Shown here one piece after another: positions 38,110-51,574 of a DNA stretch of 64,000 nt. The stretch covers positions 99,820,001 to 99,884,000 of the forward strand of contig NC_043000.1 in the NCBI RefSeq assembly GCF_006345805.1. The letters are read 5' to 3'. A program made the position numbers and the translations under genes. The stretch comes from Octopus sinensis (Eukaryota). Under the pieces are notes generated by a model. That model was given only the letters and a program-made list of their open reading frames with translations. It had not been told where the DNA came from and ran no database searches. Position 1 is the first letter of the stretch; every line of letters begins with the position of its first letter.

Positions 38110-38990
38110 ACTATTGCTCACCACCAACTCAATTTCCAACAACCTCCTTCCACTCTCATTCCGACAAAGAACTCCATATTTTCCTACTACATGTTCTACT
38201 TCCTCATTTCCCACTTGCGCACTCAAATCACCCAACCACTGCCCTCACCCTATCCACACACTCTGTCACTTCTCTCCAGAACTCCTCTACTTCTTCCTCA
38301 CTCCTCTCACCCCCTGGACCATATGCACTAAAAAACACCCGCATCCCTCCTCCCCATCTCATCTTAACCCACATTAACCTTGAAGACACTTCCCTCCACT
38401 CCACCACACTCTCTTTCACACGCTCACTCACCAGCAATGCCACTTCCTCACTAGCCATCCCCCTCCTACTCCCGACACTCGTCCGGTTACATCCCTAAAC
38501 TGGTACTCTCCCTTACCTTTCATCTTAGTCTCACTCAGTGGCAGCACATCCATCCTTCTCCTCATCATCACACATCTTTCTCCTCTTTACCTCACTTATA
38601 CGACACCCATGCACATTCCATGACCCTAGTCCTAGGATGAGATTTTGTGTTAACCTTCTCCCATCTTCTTGTCTTTTTCTTGCTGTCTTTTTAGGAACAT
38701 AGATTTACTAGGAGGAGATTCTTTCCCAGTCCCCTCGCTTCCACCCCTTTTAATCGCCTCTTACCCACGCAGGGAATACAGTAAATGCATTATACCGACC
38801 CCCCTCCCAGTCGCAGGGGAGTTTGCTAGTTAACCCATAGCTGGGACCCTTACAGGTTCTATCACTCCGGGCCAGAGTAGACCTGGGAACAATAGTGGCT
38901 ATGAGGTGGTCCCACACTCCTGAAACCCTGAAATTATGGCCCCAGTGTCCCACTGCCGGATGCAGTATATAGTGATACCCAGGACTGGGA
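38110..38990 (-). mobile_element. 5' part of an RTE-like LINE (5' UTR + APE endonuclease), 3'-truncated
   Basis: LGSWNVHG, LSETKMKGKG, VSSRLMWVKM, SAYGPG..EEFW, DLSAQVG. Confidence 0.78.
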
Positions 38991-39007
38991 TGGGGTTTCG
39001 TTGAAGG

Positions 39008-39240
39008 TAGTTACCGTATTCCCTGCGTGGCGTAAGAGGCGACTAAAAAGGGCGGGAGCGAGTCCTGGGTATGACTATAATCTGCATCCGGTAGTGGAAC
39101 CCTGGGGCCCTGGTTTCAGGGTTTGGGGAGTGTGGAACCATCTCTTAGCCACTATTGTTCCCAGGTCTACTCTGGCCCAGAATAGTAGCACCTGTAAGGG
39201 TCCCAGCTAACTAGCAAACACCCCTGCAACTGGGGATCGG
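39008..39240 (+). repeat. Inverted, permuted copy of the RTE 5'-UTR modules
   Basis: 39010-39060 matches rc of 38735-38785; 39062-39235 matches rc of 38805-38985. Confidence 0.85.
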
Positions 39241-39251
39241 ATGTGTATACA

Positions 39252-39304
<53 letters not shown>

Positions 39305-39589
39305 CGACGGGCTTCTTTTCAGTTTCCGTCTACTAAATTCACTCACAAAGCTTTTGTCGACCCGCGGCTATAGAAGACACTAGTGATGCAATGAGAAGCA
39401 GTAAGACTGAAAGAACATGCATGGTTAGTTCTGTCGTATTGTTCTTGTTTATCTATCAATCAAACATTATCGGGCAAGCCAATAACACTGTGTAACACGA
39501 CTTTTGTCGTTGGGTAGCAATTGCTATTTCTTATTGAAAGTATGAAAAATGGCTAATATTTCCTTCAAACTTTGCTTTTGTTACCTTTA

Positions 39590-39760
39590 TTCAAAGCCCG
39601 AAGAACCCCTCTCGACACATGACTATGATGCTCCTCAACTACTCCTGGTCATGATCCGAGATACACATATTGTCAGACACTAAGGGACAAGCTGAAGTGA
39701 TTTAAGGTCAAGCAGCGGATAAGCAAATCTGTGGTATTGAGCAGAATATTTGCTATAACA
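39590..39760 (-). mobile_element. Diverged fragment of the 4608-5162 element
   Basis: aagcaaatctgtggtattgagcagaatatttgct and upstream homology. Confidence 0.75.
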
Positions 39761-41419
39761 ATATTTCTGCTTCAGCAACTTAGCGCTGAATCTGTCTGAA
39801 ATGTAATGGAAAATAAGGTCACTTTTTAAGCATTGATTTCCAGGTCACAAAATCATGGAATAATATTCAAGAGGGGAATAGTAGTCATTTGCTTTGATTT
39901 CTAGATAGAAGTAAAAAAGAAATAACATTTACTGACAAAAAGCAAAAAAGCAAAAAAAAAAAACCGAAAATTTTGATACACTGTGTAATCAAAGGCGTTC
40001 CAACCATGATCATCTTGCCTTATCTTCAGACATAAAACCTCTAATACTACGTTATCCATTGTCTTCTTTCTGTTTTAAGACAATAAGATAGGATATAAAG
40101 ACAACTCGGCATTTTCATTGGTCGTTCCTGTAGAGTGTGGTGTAATTCTCCTTAAAAATGCTAGTGGTGATTTCTTTGACCTAATTCGTATTATTGAAGC
40201 ACATTTGACAACGATGTCTCAATATGGTGCTCCACCTGACTACAGCGCCTAAGAGTTACTACGGTAGTACTATCACCACGCAGTCACTGTCTGCAGCTAA
40301 ATGAACGGCTTCCTTTGAGTATTAAGTACTTCGATCATTAAAGGAATACAATAAATGTCCGAAACATTTCTCAAGGAGACATCACACCCTTTCTTTCTTC
40401 GTCCTTTAACAAAGGTCTCAGGCTCGAAACGCTAGCTTCTACATACTCCATAGTTAAGGATTTTATCGATCGCCACCATGAAATCACTCGGCCATGAGTT
40501 GATCGTTTTACTAGAAAGCGGAGGCGAACTACCGATCATACGTCGATTTTTAATCTGATTTACTCCGCAGCTCTTAAATAATTAAATAAATAAGTAAATA
40601 AATAAATAAATAATCGATAGTTAACTCGATATCGTAATATTTTAAATATTACATTAACGATTAAATACCAGCATATTTGAGATCCAGTTTCGGATAAAGG
40701 AGTTTTCTGAATATATTTTGTTACTTAACATTTTTACATTTCTCAGGAAGATTATTTATATAATAATGTTGATGACGAAGATAACGAGAGCAGCGAAAGG
40801 AGTAACGTTGTTGATAACGAAGCTGATGAGAGTGGTAATAACAACAACAACAATAACAAAAACGACAACAACAGTTACAATAACAATAAAATAACAAAAA
40901 TAACAATAATTATATTGCTGATGATTACTTGAATTTTTTTATTATTTTATTAAGTTTTAAATCTATTTATTCGTTATTTAATTGGTTATTCAAATTGTGA
41001 ATAAATAAATAAATAAATAGAAAATAGAGAAATAATGATAATGATAATAATAATAATTATTATCATTATTATATTTATTGTAGTATTGTCATGACTTTAA
41101 TAACAATGATGAAATTAAAAAGCAAAGATAAAAGGTACAATTTCCTGTCTTTTATTAAAATTGTTGATAATAAGAATGACGATATATTATTATTCTTATT
41201 ATTATTAGTAGTAGTATTACTGTTGTTGTTGTTGTTGTTGATATTATTATACTCCAGAAGAAATGGAAATTATTCCAATAATTATATCATTATAAAAATG
41301 CTCTAACGATTACACAATTATGAAAATTACATGAAATAGCTCAGCTGGATAGAGCACTCAATCCAGTTGCTGTTGTTTAAGGATTTGTGTTACTGTAGTT
41401 GCTATGATCTGTATTGCTA

Positions 41420-41468
41420 TTGTTGCTGTTGTTGTTGCTCTTCTTCTTCCTCTTCTTCTTCTTCTTCC

Positions 41469-41533
<65 letters not shown>

Positions 41534-41580
41534 TTCTTCTTCTTCTTCTTCTTCTAGTACTACTGCTGCTGTTGCTGCCG

Positions 41581-41624
<44 letters not shown>

Positions 41625-41682
41625 GCTGCTGCTGCTGTTGCTGCTGCTGCTGTTGCTACTACTACTACTACTACTACTACTT
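41420..41682. repeat. Compound trinucleotide microsatellite (TTC/CTA/CTG)
   Basis: Visible directly in the sequence. Confidence 0.95.
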
Positions 41683-41707
41683 ATGCATGTAATAGATAGC
41701 TATGTAT

Positions 41708-41872
41708 ATGCACAGGAGTGACTGTGTGGTAAGAGGCTTGTTTCCCAACCACCAACCATATGTTTCTCGTTCAGTCCCACTGCATGGCACCTTGGGCAAG
41801 TGTCTTCTACTATAGCTTCAGGTCGATTAAATCCATGTGGGTGGATTTTGTAGACGGAAACTGAAAGAAACC

Positions 41873-41958
<86 letters not shown>

Positions 41959-42008
41959 GTATGTGTGTATGTATATATGTATGTATATGTGTGTCTGTGT
42001 TTGACCCC
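41708..42008 (+). mobile_element. 3'-truncated SINE family A
   Basis: gcacaggagtgactgtgtggtaag..ggcaccttgggcaagtgtcttctac. Confidence 0.82.
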
Positions 42009-43079
42009 CCTATATATAAAGATAGATAATGTTTAGCAGCCCGAACTGTCCGATGAAGAGTAGCGGGTTGAGACTTCGAAGTCATTGTCACCAGTCTTGT
42101 AAAAGTATTGAGTAATTCTTTAGTTTAATGTAAAATTAGTTTTTGTAACCCAAAAGGAAGTCACTTGCTCATGTTGCCACGCCGAGGGACTGGAAGGTAA
42201 ACATAAAACAGACATTAATGCATGTGTATGTATGTGTTGTGTGTGAGTGTGTGTGTCTGGGGTTGTTGCAGAAATTATCAAAAGAAAACTAAGGAAGATA
42301 AAGAACAGCTAAGGTTAATTTTTTTTTATTTCTATGAATTGGAAGATCATATTTATGGTTGGCAGATGCTTGCAAATCAATGGTACCGCCTTCATTGGTA
42401 ACCTTTTGTTGACCATTTTTGCAAACAATCGTCTCTGTCTCAAATTAATAGTTTTTGTGTTGGAACAAATAGAGTCATAAAATTCCGAGATAGTCTCCGC
42501 AAGAACATAAAGATGATTTTATACAACCTGTTCGTGTTAGAATATAGTTTAGGAAGGAATATATCTCGTTTGTAACCAACAGAATCTTTGTTTATTAACG
42601 TTGTTCAGTATCTGATACGTTTTATATGATGTTAAATTTGTTTGAGATAATGGCAGATTGAAGTTTGATCAGGTATTGAGTGATTCTTTGTAATAAAATT
42701 TCCACTTGTAACAAATTGCGTTTTTAATAATTGATTTAATTTAAGATAAATTCAGTATTTAATCTATTTCTATCGTTTCTCGTTATATTCCCCCTTTTTC
42801 GTTAATTCATCTATTTTATTTTCCCCATTAATATCTATATACCTTGTATCCAAACCAGTTATTTGATAATTATTTTCATCATGATAAGGACAGGCTTGGA
42901 AGTGTAGTTAAAAGCTCGCTATGCAGCCTCGTTGTTTCCCTATCAGTCCTTCTGCGTGGCAACATGAGCAGGTGTCTTCTACTATAGCCCCAGACCGACC
43001 AATGCCATTTGGATGAATTGAATAAACTTCAAAATAAGTACTGAAGCTGGCTTCTTTAACTAAATCTATCAAGACGGTG

Positions 43080-43338
43080 CGTGAATCTAGGACATTTACA
43101 CCCCGAGGATAATTACCCCCGAGGACAACAGATGATGATTTAAAACTTTTTAATATATTGGAGAGGGGGTAATTAACAAGGGGGGGGGGTAATTGTCCTA
43201 GGGGTAGTTGACCTAGGGGGGAATTATCCTATAGGCGGGGTGTGTGTGTGGAATTGTCCTATGGGGGAATTTCCTATAGGGTTGCGAATTGTCCTATGCG
43301 GGTGGGAATTGTATTCTGGGGGTAATTGTCCTGATACG
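43080..43338. mobile_element. Second copy of the G/C-run MITE, inside a degenerate SINE A
   Basis: tctaggacattt..gatgatgattt..(gggggaattgtcctat)n..tgtcctgatacg. Confidence 0.78.
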
Positions 43339-43394
43339 CCCTGCATAGCCGCTGTCGAATGATTGTAACATGTATAAGGTAAATAAATAATTAG

Positions 43395-43706
43395 CACTCC
43401 GTCAGTTACGACAATGAGGGTTCCAGTTGATCGGAACCAACTGCTCGTGAAATTAACATGCAATTGGTTGAACACTACACAGACACATTGTACCCTTAAC
43501 ATAGTTCTCAAAAAGATTCAGCGTGACACAGAATGACAAGGCTGGCCCTTTGACATACAGGTACTACACATTTTTGCCAGCTGAGTGGACTGGAGCAATG
43601 GGAAATAAAGTGTCTTGCTCAAGGGCACAACGCGTCGTTGGGAATTGAACTCACGACCTTACGATTGTGAGCCGAATGCCTTAAACACTAAGCCACGCAC
43701 CTTCAC
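43395..43706 (-). mobile_element. tRNA-derived SINE (family C head, family D tail)
   Basis: Minus strand A box tggcttagtg and B box gagttcaattcc. Confidence 0.8.
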
Positions 43707-44299
43707 AAGTAAATATCTAGGTTTAAAAGAATACTCTCAAGTTTTAAACCTGCTCTCTTTTCCTTTATTGAAATAGTTCTAGATTCGTTTAACTACCAAT
43801 TAATAGAAAGAGTTAACTATGCTATTTCTTTAGCAGGATTTCAGCATGTTAACATTCTCCACCGGTTTACCTTATACATTGTAAAATCATGATATAATCT
43901 AAAGCTCAAACTTTTATTATTGTTCTGAAAATCTCAAGCGGTATTACACTCTATTCCATTGTGTGTCACCCAACTTTATAGCTAACCTAAGAGTTAACCT
44001 GTGTATTACATGTTAACCTGTGTATTACCTGTGTATTACAAGACATATTTCCCTTGTATGATACACATTCACAATTATTTTCAGCTACCAGAATAACCTG
44101 GAAATTATAAAAAGAAGTGTTTTATATTAATGCAGGACGTATGAAACAAGAGCCAAAGAAAAGTCTGTAAACAAACAAGGACTTTTAGAACACACGAAAA
44201 TGCTTCGGACCGGCAACGGGTTAAACAGTCTGACTGAGCAATATTGTTGAGTTATTCTTTTACCTTATAATTTTTTCATAGTTTGAAAGATTTTAACGA

Positions 44300-45600
44300 T
44301 TCTATCCATGGAGCTAACCAAATTTTATACTGCTTTGTTTTCTGCTTAAACTACGCAATTAGCAGTTTGCACTTCCCAGTGAACTAGGAATAATTCTGTT
44401 TCATTGAAAAATAGCTATTTTTGGAGTAGATCTTAAGCAGCTAATATATTTCTTCTTATTTGAGTGCGTAAGTTTTTAACAGCTTTGAAGTTAGACAAAG
44501 CTTATAGCTCCCCATTCCAGCTAAGCTACAGAAATTTTGCGCTGATAACTTCTCTATGAAGTGTTTATATGTAAAACTGGTATTTCTTTGATATAAATTT
44601 GATAGCGCATCATGTATAGGTCATTTTATTCAATGAATACTTAATACATGAGCTTCCCAATTAAAATTTGAATGTAACTAGATACTAAGAATTTTAATCG
44701 TATTTTTTCACTGCAACGATAACAGTTGATGCAGAGTATGTATTTCAGCATACTGAAATTGATAAGCTCTGGGTTATGTAAATTAATTCCGTTTTGGCTG
44801 GATCAAATGGTTGGCCATTTTATTTGTACGTTTTATTGCTGTTGATAGAACTGTTCAAAACTTTTTTTTTTATTGTTACTCCCGATACTACATGAAGTAT
44901 ACGTATATTGAAATCACAAGCGAAACCTGACACTTAGATAATATAATTTAAAGAATCAAACAGATATGTTGTATGGAATAAAATTAAAATGGCTGAAATT
45001 GAAGAAACCCTTCAGAGATCCCGAAAAGATATATAATTTCGATTTTATTATTATCAAAATTTAGTCTTGTGTTCTAGTGCGAACGAAAACTAATAGTCCA
45101 TTTGCAAAGATAGTTGGTAGTTTTATACCGATATTATTTTTTAATTAGCATTTTATGAACTGCATTAGAGCTAGTTTCCTTATATCTAGGGAAATCAAAC
45201 CGGCTGTTTTTCTTTTAATTTGGTTTGAATTTCAGATGAGTAAGGTTATTTTATCTAACCAATTTCAAGTATTTTTATTCAGTCAAAATACGATCTGAGA
45301 TTTGGGGAAATATTGCTCGTTTCACCTGTGAAGGAAAGTGTACTAACCATAATTTTCTTCAAATTTTTAGATAGATTACCTAGGAGAACTTTAGGTCGAT
45401 ATGATCTCGTTGAATTGTAGTTGTCTTTATTTGGTTTAGGCAAGTTATTACGGTAGCAGAAAAATTCCATAAATTTGAATAGTTTTGAAATTTGATACAT
45501 TATTATCGATCGCACACACACAAAGTATTTGATTTCCTTATTTGTCGAATTTGCTGTGGGATAGCATAGGGAGACACCCTAATAACACCTGAAAGCTATA
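44300..45600 (-). mobile_element. Ancient LINE RT remnant (R1/Tad1/I-group-like)
   Basis: LPKPNKDNYNSTRSYRPKVLLGNLSK (about 45450-45370); KILSI*LHSNFNWEAHV (about 44695-44645). Confidence 0.6.
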
Positions 45601-46131
45601 GACCAGACAATACAACTCGCCTGGGATCGAACCCAAGAGTGGTGATACTGATATTTCTTCTTTATTGTGGCTTATCAATGTTACGCACTTGGATCGAAAC
45701 GAAGACAAACTGAACCCCCTCCCCCCATCTCCGACCTATGACTACATACAAATGGCAACAAATTCGGCAAATAAGCAAAACCCATACATTGCATATGTGT
45801 GATCAATAATGTGTACATTATTAGAGCTGCTTTTAATTCGTAATATAATACATTATTAAACATATTTAGTATTATTCTTTATCGGCATTCTACGTTACGT
45901 AAAAATATTCTCGATTAATGATAGGGGAGAGTAAATATGTATGTATGTATGTAGTTATTTATGTATGTATGTATGTATTATGTATGTTGTATGTATGTAT
46001 GTATGCATGTAATTTATATATATCTATATATATTATATATATATATAATATAGTATATATATATATATATATCTATTATTATATATATATATTATATATA
46101 TATATATATAATATCGTATATATATATGTAT

Positions 46132-46167
46132 AGGCGCAGGAGTGGCTGTGTGGTAAGTAGCTTTGCT
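46132..46167 (+). mobile_element. 5' part of a SINE A split by the Tx1 insertion
   Basis: aggcgcaggagtggctgtgtggtaagtagctttgct; continues at 51575. Confidence 0.85.
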
Positions 46168-46565
46168 AACCTCACTGACAGAAGAGTGACTTTGCCTACC
46201 GTACTACGGTTTGGACGCGTTTTCGTTTTCTTCCGGTAAGAGTTTTGCTGTGTTGTTAATTGTTGAATTCCTACTACTGAAAATTTGCCTTTAAACGTTG
46301 CTAAACTGTCTTGTTCTCCGTTTTTACCGGGAAATAATTGAATAATTTCTTACCGTTGAACTGTTAGCCACTGTGGCTTTTTATTTACGTGACTATACAT
46401 AGTCCTGCCAGACTATTTTCGTGCCCCTCCCCCGAATGGGGGTGGGAATTGGAATTTTTGAACTGCTTTTTTTGACTACTTTGGAAGAAAAACTTTCTAT
46501 AGGTTTCCCAGTTTTGTGGGAAACCAATACTCGTAATTTTTGTGTTGTCTAATTTCAACAGAATA

Positions 46566-47958
46566 ATGTCTGTTGAAATTATTCACGAAAGTAGTGCTCT
46601 TGAGGAGAGCAATGTTAAAAATTTCTGAGGTAGCCGCAGTGGCTACCGAGAAAATTGACATCGATGTCAACCAGCTCGTCGAGCTATTTAAAAAAATGCA
46701 AGAGGAGGGTGGTGATGTTAAAATATCACCCTCCGCCAGTATCGTGGAGACCGAGAAGCGGACCGTAGTGTTTAAAACTTTCTGTCCACAAGCAGAAGGT
46801 TCAAACACTTTGAAAAATACCATCGAGAAATGCCTGTCCCCGATTTGGAAGGACATCGTGTACGTCGCCAGGGGACGGGCATATGGCACTGTGGATGTCC
46901 GCTTCTCGGGGGAAGAAATGGCCCGCGGGCATTCTGTAAACCCCCTAAAAACCAAGGAGGTGGTACTTTTTCCAAGCTATAGGGGACGCAGGACGTCCCG
47001 GGTCAGGATTGTAGAAGCCCCGCCGGAAGTAGATCCGGTAGAGGTAGTGGCCGCCCTATTATATAAAAGGGCGGACAAAATAAAAATACTAGAAGTAACA
47101 TGCTCTACCCCTCGATTTTGGCTCGGGTGTAACATTAATATATTAATTCAAGGACAGCGGAGGACCTGCAGTCCTTCCTGAGAGGGTGCTCGTGGGCGAG
47201 AACGTAGCCCTCAGGGTACAGGTCGAAGGCCGAAAACCCACCTGTTACGCCTGCGGCAAAAAGGGCCACATTCGTGTAGACTGTCCAGACAAGCAAAAGA
47301 AACCGCAGACACCAGGCCCCTCAGATAATAACAAAGTCCCTACCCTTGCAAACACACCTACCCCTACAAAAACAAAAAATCCCACTCCTGCTGTTACGGT
47401 GCAACCCCAAAACAGACTGAAGAAAAAATCCAGCCCTCGCACTCACAAACCCCTACACTATTAAAACCTCCCACCCCCCTAAAAACTGCGGCGCCTACCG
47501 AACAAACTATTGCTACCCAGAACGATACCATGGAGGTATCAGAGGGGGATTTACACCAGTTCGTAAAAGAATTCGTGCAGCATCCCCGTCCACATCCCCT
47601 ACACAAATAATAAAAACAAGACACACCACAGACACGGAAAAAAATCCCCATCCTCTCAACTGGCCCAGAAAAAGAAGACAAAAAGAAAATGAACTCATAT
47701 TAATTGAATTCGACACACAAGACAAATACATAAACGATATTGTGGTTCAGCATCAGTCAGCAAGACTGTACAACAAATATAAATCGAAATAGACACGCGT
47801 GGATTGCGGAAACGACGTTCAAACAATTAAAGACAGACACCCCCAAACGCCATCCGGCATGTCGCGAACTTGCCGGACTATCTGAAGAAAGAGGAGAAAG
47901 AAGGGCCCACAAACGTTGTGGTGAGGTCGGCCCCCACCTCTCCAACGAATGTAAGTAG
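46566..47958 (+). pseudogene. Tx1 ORF1 (RNA-binding region, CCHC knuckle, Pro/Thr-rich linker), frameshifted
   Basis: PSYRGRRTSRVRIVEAPPEVD; VEGRKPTCYACGKKGHIRVDC. Confidence 0.8.
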
Positions 47959-47975
47959 AACTTTTACTTTTTGTA

Positions 47976-50900
47976 ATGGCTTCGCTTAACCTTGGTTGTT
48001 TAATGTGCGTGGTCTGAGTTCGAAGTGGAAGCAGGCTCGTTTCCTCGACGACCTCAGATCACATGATATACATGTGATGGTTGCTACAGAGACCAAGCTG
48101 GACAGCCTACAAACCTTCTCGCCTCTCCTGAATGGCTACGAGAAAATCATGTCTCCTGGCCAGACCGGAGGGCGAGGGGCGTAGTGGTACTGATCCGTAA
48201 AGACTTGGCTCTACAGACAAGTACAGTCTATGTAGACCCAGAAGGTGGGCTGGTCGTCCTTGATGTGACATACAGCAGTAAGGCCTTCAGGTTGATCGGA
48301 CTCTATGCACCTTGTGCTAGAGGTTTCCAAACTGATTTTTATCGGCGCCTAGAGGGCTTTCTCGTGACGTCGAAGACTTTAGTTATTTAGGGGACTTTAA
48401 TGCTATCGTTGACGTACACATCGATAGCGTTGGCTCGATCTATAGGAAAGTGAACTCACGTCTCGTGGATCTGCTTAAGCGGTTTCAGCTAACAGATCGT
48501 TACAGACTTGACCATCCGAACGTCCCAGAGTGGACCTGGATGAGTGGCGACGGAAGGTTCAAGTCTTATCTAGACAGGATAGTGATAAGAACTAGAGATA
48601 AGTCTAGTTTTAGTTGTCCACAGCTCGTCCAGGTGCCCTATACTGACCATAGAATGGTCACGTGTAGACTGGACATAGATAGCACACTTAAGATAGGAAC
48701 CGGCTACTGGAAGCTGAACAAGTCTATTTTGACACGCGAGGCATACCGTAGCCGGATTAAGGTGTTAGTGCAGAGGGCGTTAACCGGAGCGTGGTTAATA
48801 ACCGGTGGTGGTTCACCCTCAAAAGAGCCATTCGATTCGAGTCATTAGATTTAGTAAACAACTAAGACTAGATAGGGCTAGAATAGAAGGGCAACTAGTT
48901 AAGAACTTAGAGGAGGCGTTGAGGTTGGCTCTGCATCTCACATTTTAGCGGCGAGAACAGCATTAGACCGTCACTCAAAACCAAACATGAGGGATGTAGA
49001 GTCCGGGCTAAAGTACGAGCATTGGGCCGTGAGGGAATTAATGTTGCCGGATGGGCCCGTACGATAGAAACACAGCGTAGAAACGATGCCACAATTGGTC
49101 TCTTGTTGATGAAAACGGATGCACGAAAGAAGCGGGACGAGATGTGTGAGGCACTTCACAAGCACTTCGCCGAGTTGTTCGGGAGGTGCGGGACGCTGGA
49201 TCATGGTGAGGCCTTAGGGACTTCCTGTCTGGTGCCCGCGCCTCTCGACACGAGAGGCTGAGTGCTGTGAAGGGCCAATCACAGCCGAGGAAGTAATCGA
49301 GGTGTTGGGCAAGTGCCCCGGGGAGATCGCCGGGTCTCGATGGTCTGCCCTATGATTTTATAGAAGTATGCCAGACTTGTTCGGGCACCTGCTGGCTAGC
49401 GTCTACGCCAACTGGCAGCAGAATGGGAGAATTCCCAAGTCTGCGAGCCGGGGGGCGGTGACGTTGATCAGGAAGGACCCGAACAAGGGGGACGAGATAG
49501 GGAACTTCAGGCCCATAACTCTGTTAAACACAGAGTTAAAGATTCTGGCCAAGGTGCTAGCAAAAAGGTTGGCGCGGGTCGTGGACAAACTTGTCGGGGA
49601 AGCGCAAACGTGCGCTATCCCCGGCAGAACGATCCACGACAATCTCCACCTTATACGCTACTCCTTAGAGAGGGTGGGGAAGCTTTCTGGCGCAGGGGGA
49701 GCACTGGTACATTTAGACCAGTCCAAGCATTTGGTAGGGTCGACCATCGGTACCTGCGGCGGTCCTCGGAGAGGCTGGACTAGGCCCGACCTTTCGAGGT
49801 TGGATCGCTGCTTTGTATAGCGACATCGAGTCTGTAGTCAAGTGAACGGTTCCTTTTCGAAACCGTTCAGGAGTGAGCGTTCAGTTCGTCAAGGGTGTCC
49901 CCGTCCTCGCTCCTATACGTATTGGCTCTTGAGCCTTTGCTGCGGAAGTTGGAGGCCTAGGGGCGCGCCGCATGATCTATGGTGTGGAAGAGGAGCTACG
50001 GCGTATGCGGATGACACCTCCATCATCGTGGCAGACGAAGGCCAGCTTCCAGTGGTGGAAGAGGCCATCAAAAGCTACGAGGCGGTGGCAGGAGCAAAGG
50101 TTAACAAGGACAAGTCGGTCGGTTTGCAACTCGGCACCTGGAGGGGCAAGCCGATGCCGTCCAATAACGTCGTAGGGCGTTGGACGGAAGGTCCTGTTAA
50201 GCTGCTCGGAGTCTGGTTCGGGCCAGACCTCCAGATGAGAAAATTGGAGTGAGGTGGCCAACAAGGTGACCGCTCTAACCCAGACCTGGTCTGGGCGGGC
50301 GTTATCCCTGCTAGGGAAGGCGGAGGTGGTGCAGATTTTTATAGCATCAGTAATCACCTACCGTCTGACCGTGGTGCCTTGCCCCGATTTGTGGCTGAAC
50401 AAGTTGGAGAGAATCCTTTTCCGATTTTTGTGGAAAGGAGGAAAGCCACTTGTAAAGCGCTCTGTCTGTCTGCGCCAGAAACCGCTAAAGGGTGGGCTAG
50501 GGATGCCTTGGCTGAGGATGCGAAAACTCGCGTTAAGGTTGAGGCACCTCTGGCTTACCTGGATGGAGAGCAGGTGTGGTCACCGCACGTCCGTTCTACC
50601 TTCCCCAGTTAACATCCCTAACGGACATCGGTGCATGGATCAAGCGGAGACCTAAACTGAGTGAATGGCATTTGGAGTGCCGTCAGGCGCTCCAGCTACT
50701 ATCTCGGGGGGCAACGCCGACAACAGGAGTTCCACCACGGATTTCTATAGCGGGTTAGTGGAGATTAAGTCCGAAGACGCCTAGGGGACCCTGGGCTACG
50801 ATGAAAATCAGTTGGTCAACCTGTTCCGGAGGACGTTCGGGGCCGGGTATCTGGATATTACCAGAAATCCCTGGCCTGGCAGTGTTTCCGTGCGGCTTTA

Positions 50901-51350
50901 CCTGTTCGCGACAAGCTGTCAAGGCACGGTAGTGCCGTCTCGCCGACATGCCCCGCGATGTGAGCAGGATAGGGAGACCGTCTTGCACGCATTCGTGGAG
51001 TGTCCGGAGTTATCGGGACTGATAGCTTTTGTTGAACAACTGTTGTCAGTGATGGGAAGAGTACAGCTATCAGCTGAGTCTATCATCGAGACTGTGCCGT
51101 CCCCTTTCCTTAACAGGGAAAGAAAGGCTTGTTTTTCTGTGTAGTAGCCATACTGAAAGAACAGTATGGAAGACGCGTACGAAAGGTATAGTGACAGGCA
51201 CCTTTGTCTCTCGGCCAGGGTTGATTAACTTTTTTAGTTACCACCTCAGTAGCAAAATCAGGCTGGAGAAGAGGTGTCTGTCACGAGATATGTTTGCGAA
51301 AAGATGGAAGCCTGTGGCATACAAGATGGGTATGTTTGGCACCAGGTAAG
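47976..51350 (+). pseudogene. Tx1 ORF2 (APE endonuclease, reverse transcriptase, C-terminal CCHC), multiply frameshifted
   Basis: NVRGL, ETK, LYAP, GDFN, SYLDRI, TDH, GYWKLN, PGLDGLP, NFRPITLLNTELKILAK, QTCAIPGRTIHDN, SVRQGCP, AYADD (50001-50015), GGLGMP, CPRC..ETVLHAFVEC. Confidence 0.92.
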
Positions 51351-51574
51351 TGTGACCGGATCAGAAAGTAAAGGTTCTACCCGGATGGCTGGGTGCCCGT
51401 CCTTCGACATGATCATTAATATTTTTAAACATTGCTTCGTAAATTCATGTTTTTAATCTTATCCGTAATTTCATTCGAAAATTGTAACTGTGTTAAGCTA
51501 CTTCACCCTTTATATTTGTCTGTCCTTGTGTGTCCCCTCTTTGTAAATGCATAAATGGCAAATTATACGAAATA

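Larger units (their letters stand above)
46168..51574 (+). mobile_element. Near full-length Tx1-clade (L1 group) LINE, about 5.4 kb, inserted in a SINE A head
   Basis: TSD aagtagct(t)tgct at 46155-46167 and 51575-51586; ORF1 with zinc knuckle, ORF2 EN-RT-CCHC; 3' end gaaataaa. Confidence 0.92.

Noticed and set aside
40395-42095. Weak hammerhead-like strings at about 40405-40436 and 42045-42092
   Set aside because: Core boxes carry several mismatches; indistinguishable from chance without a family consensus.
44190-44225. piggyBac-like end (cgggTTAA)
   Set aside because: No matching opposite terminus found.
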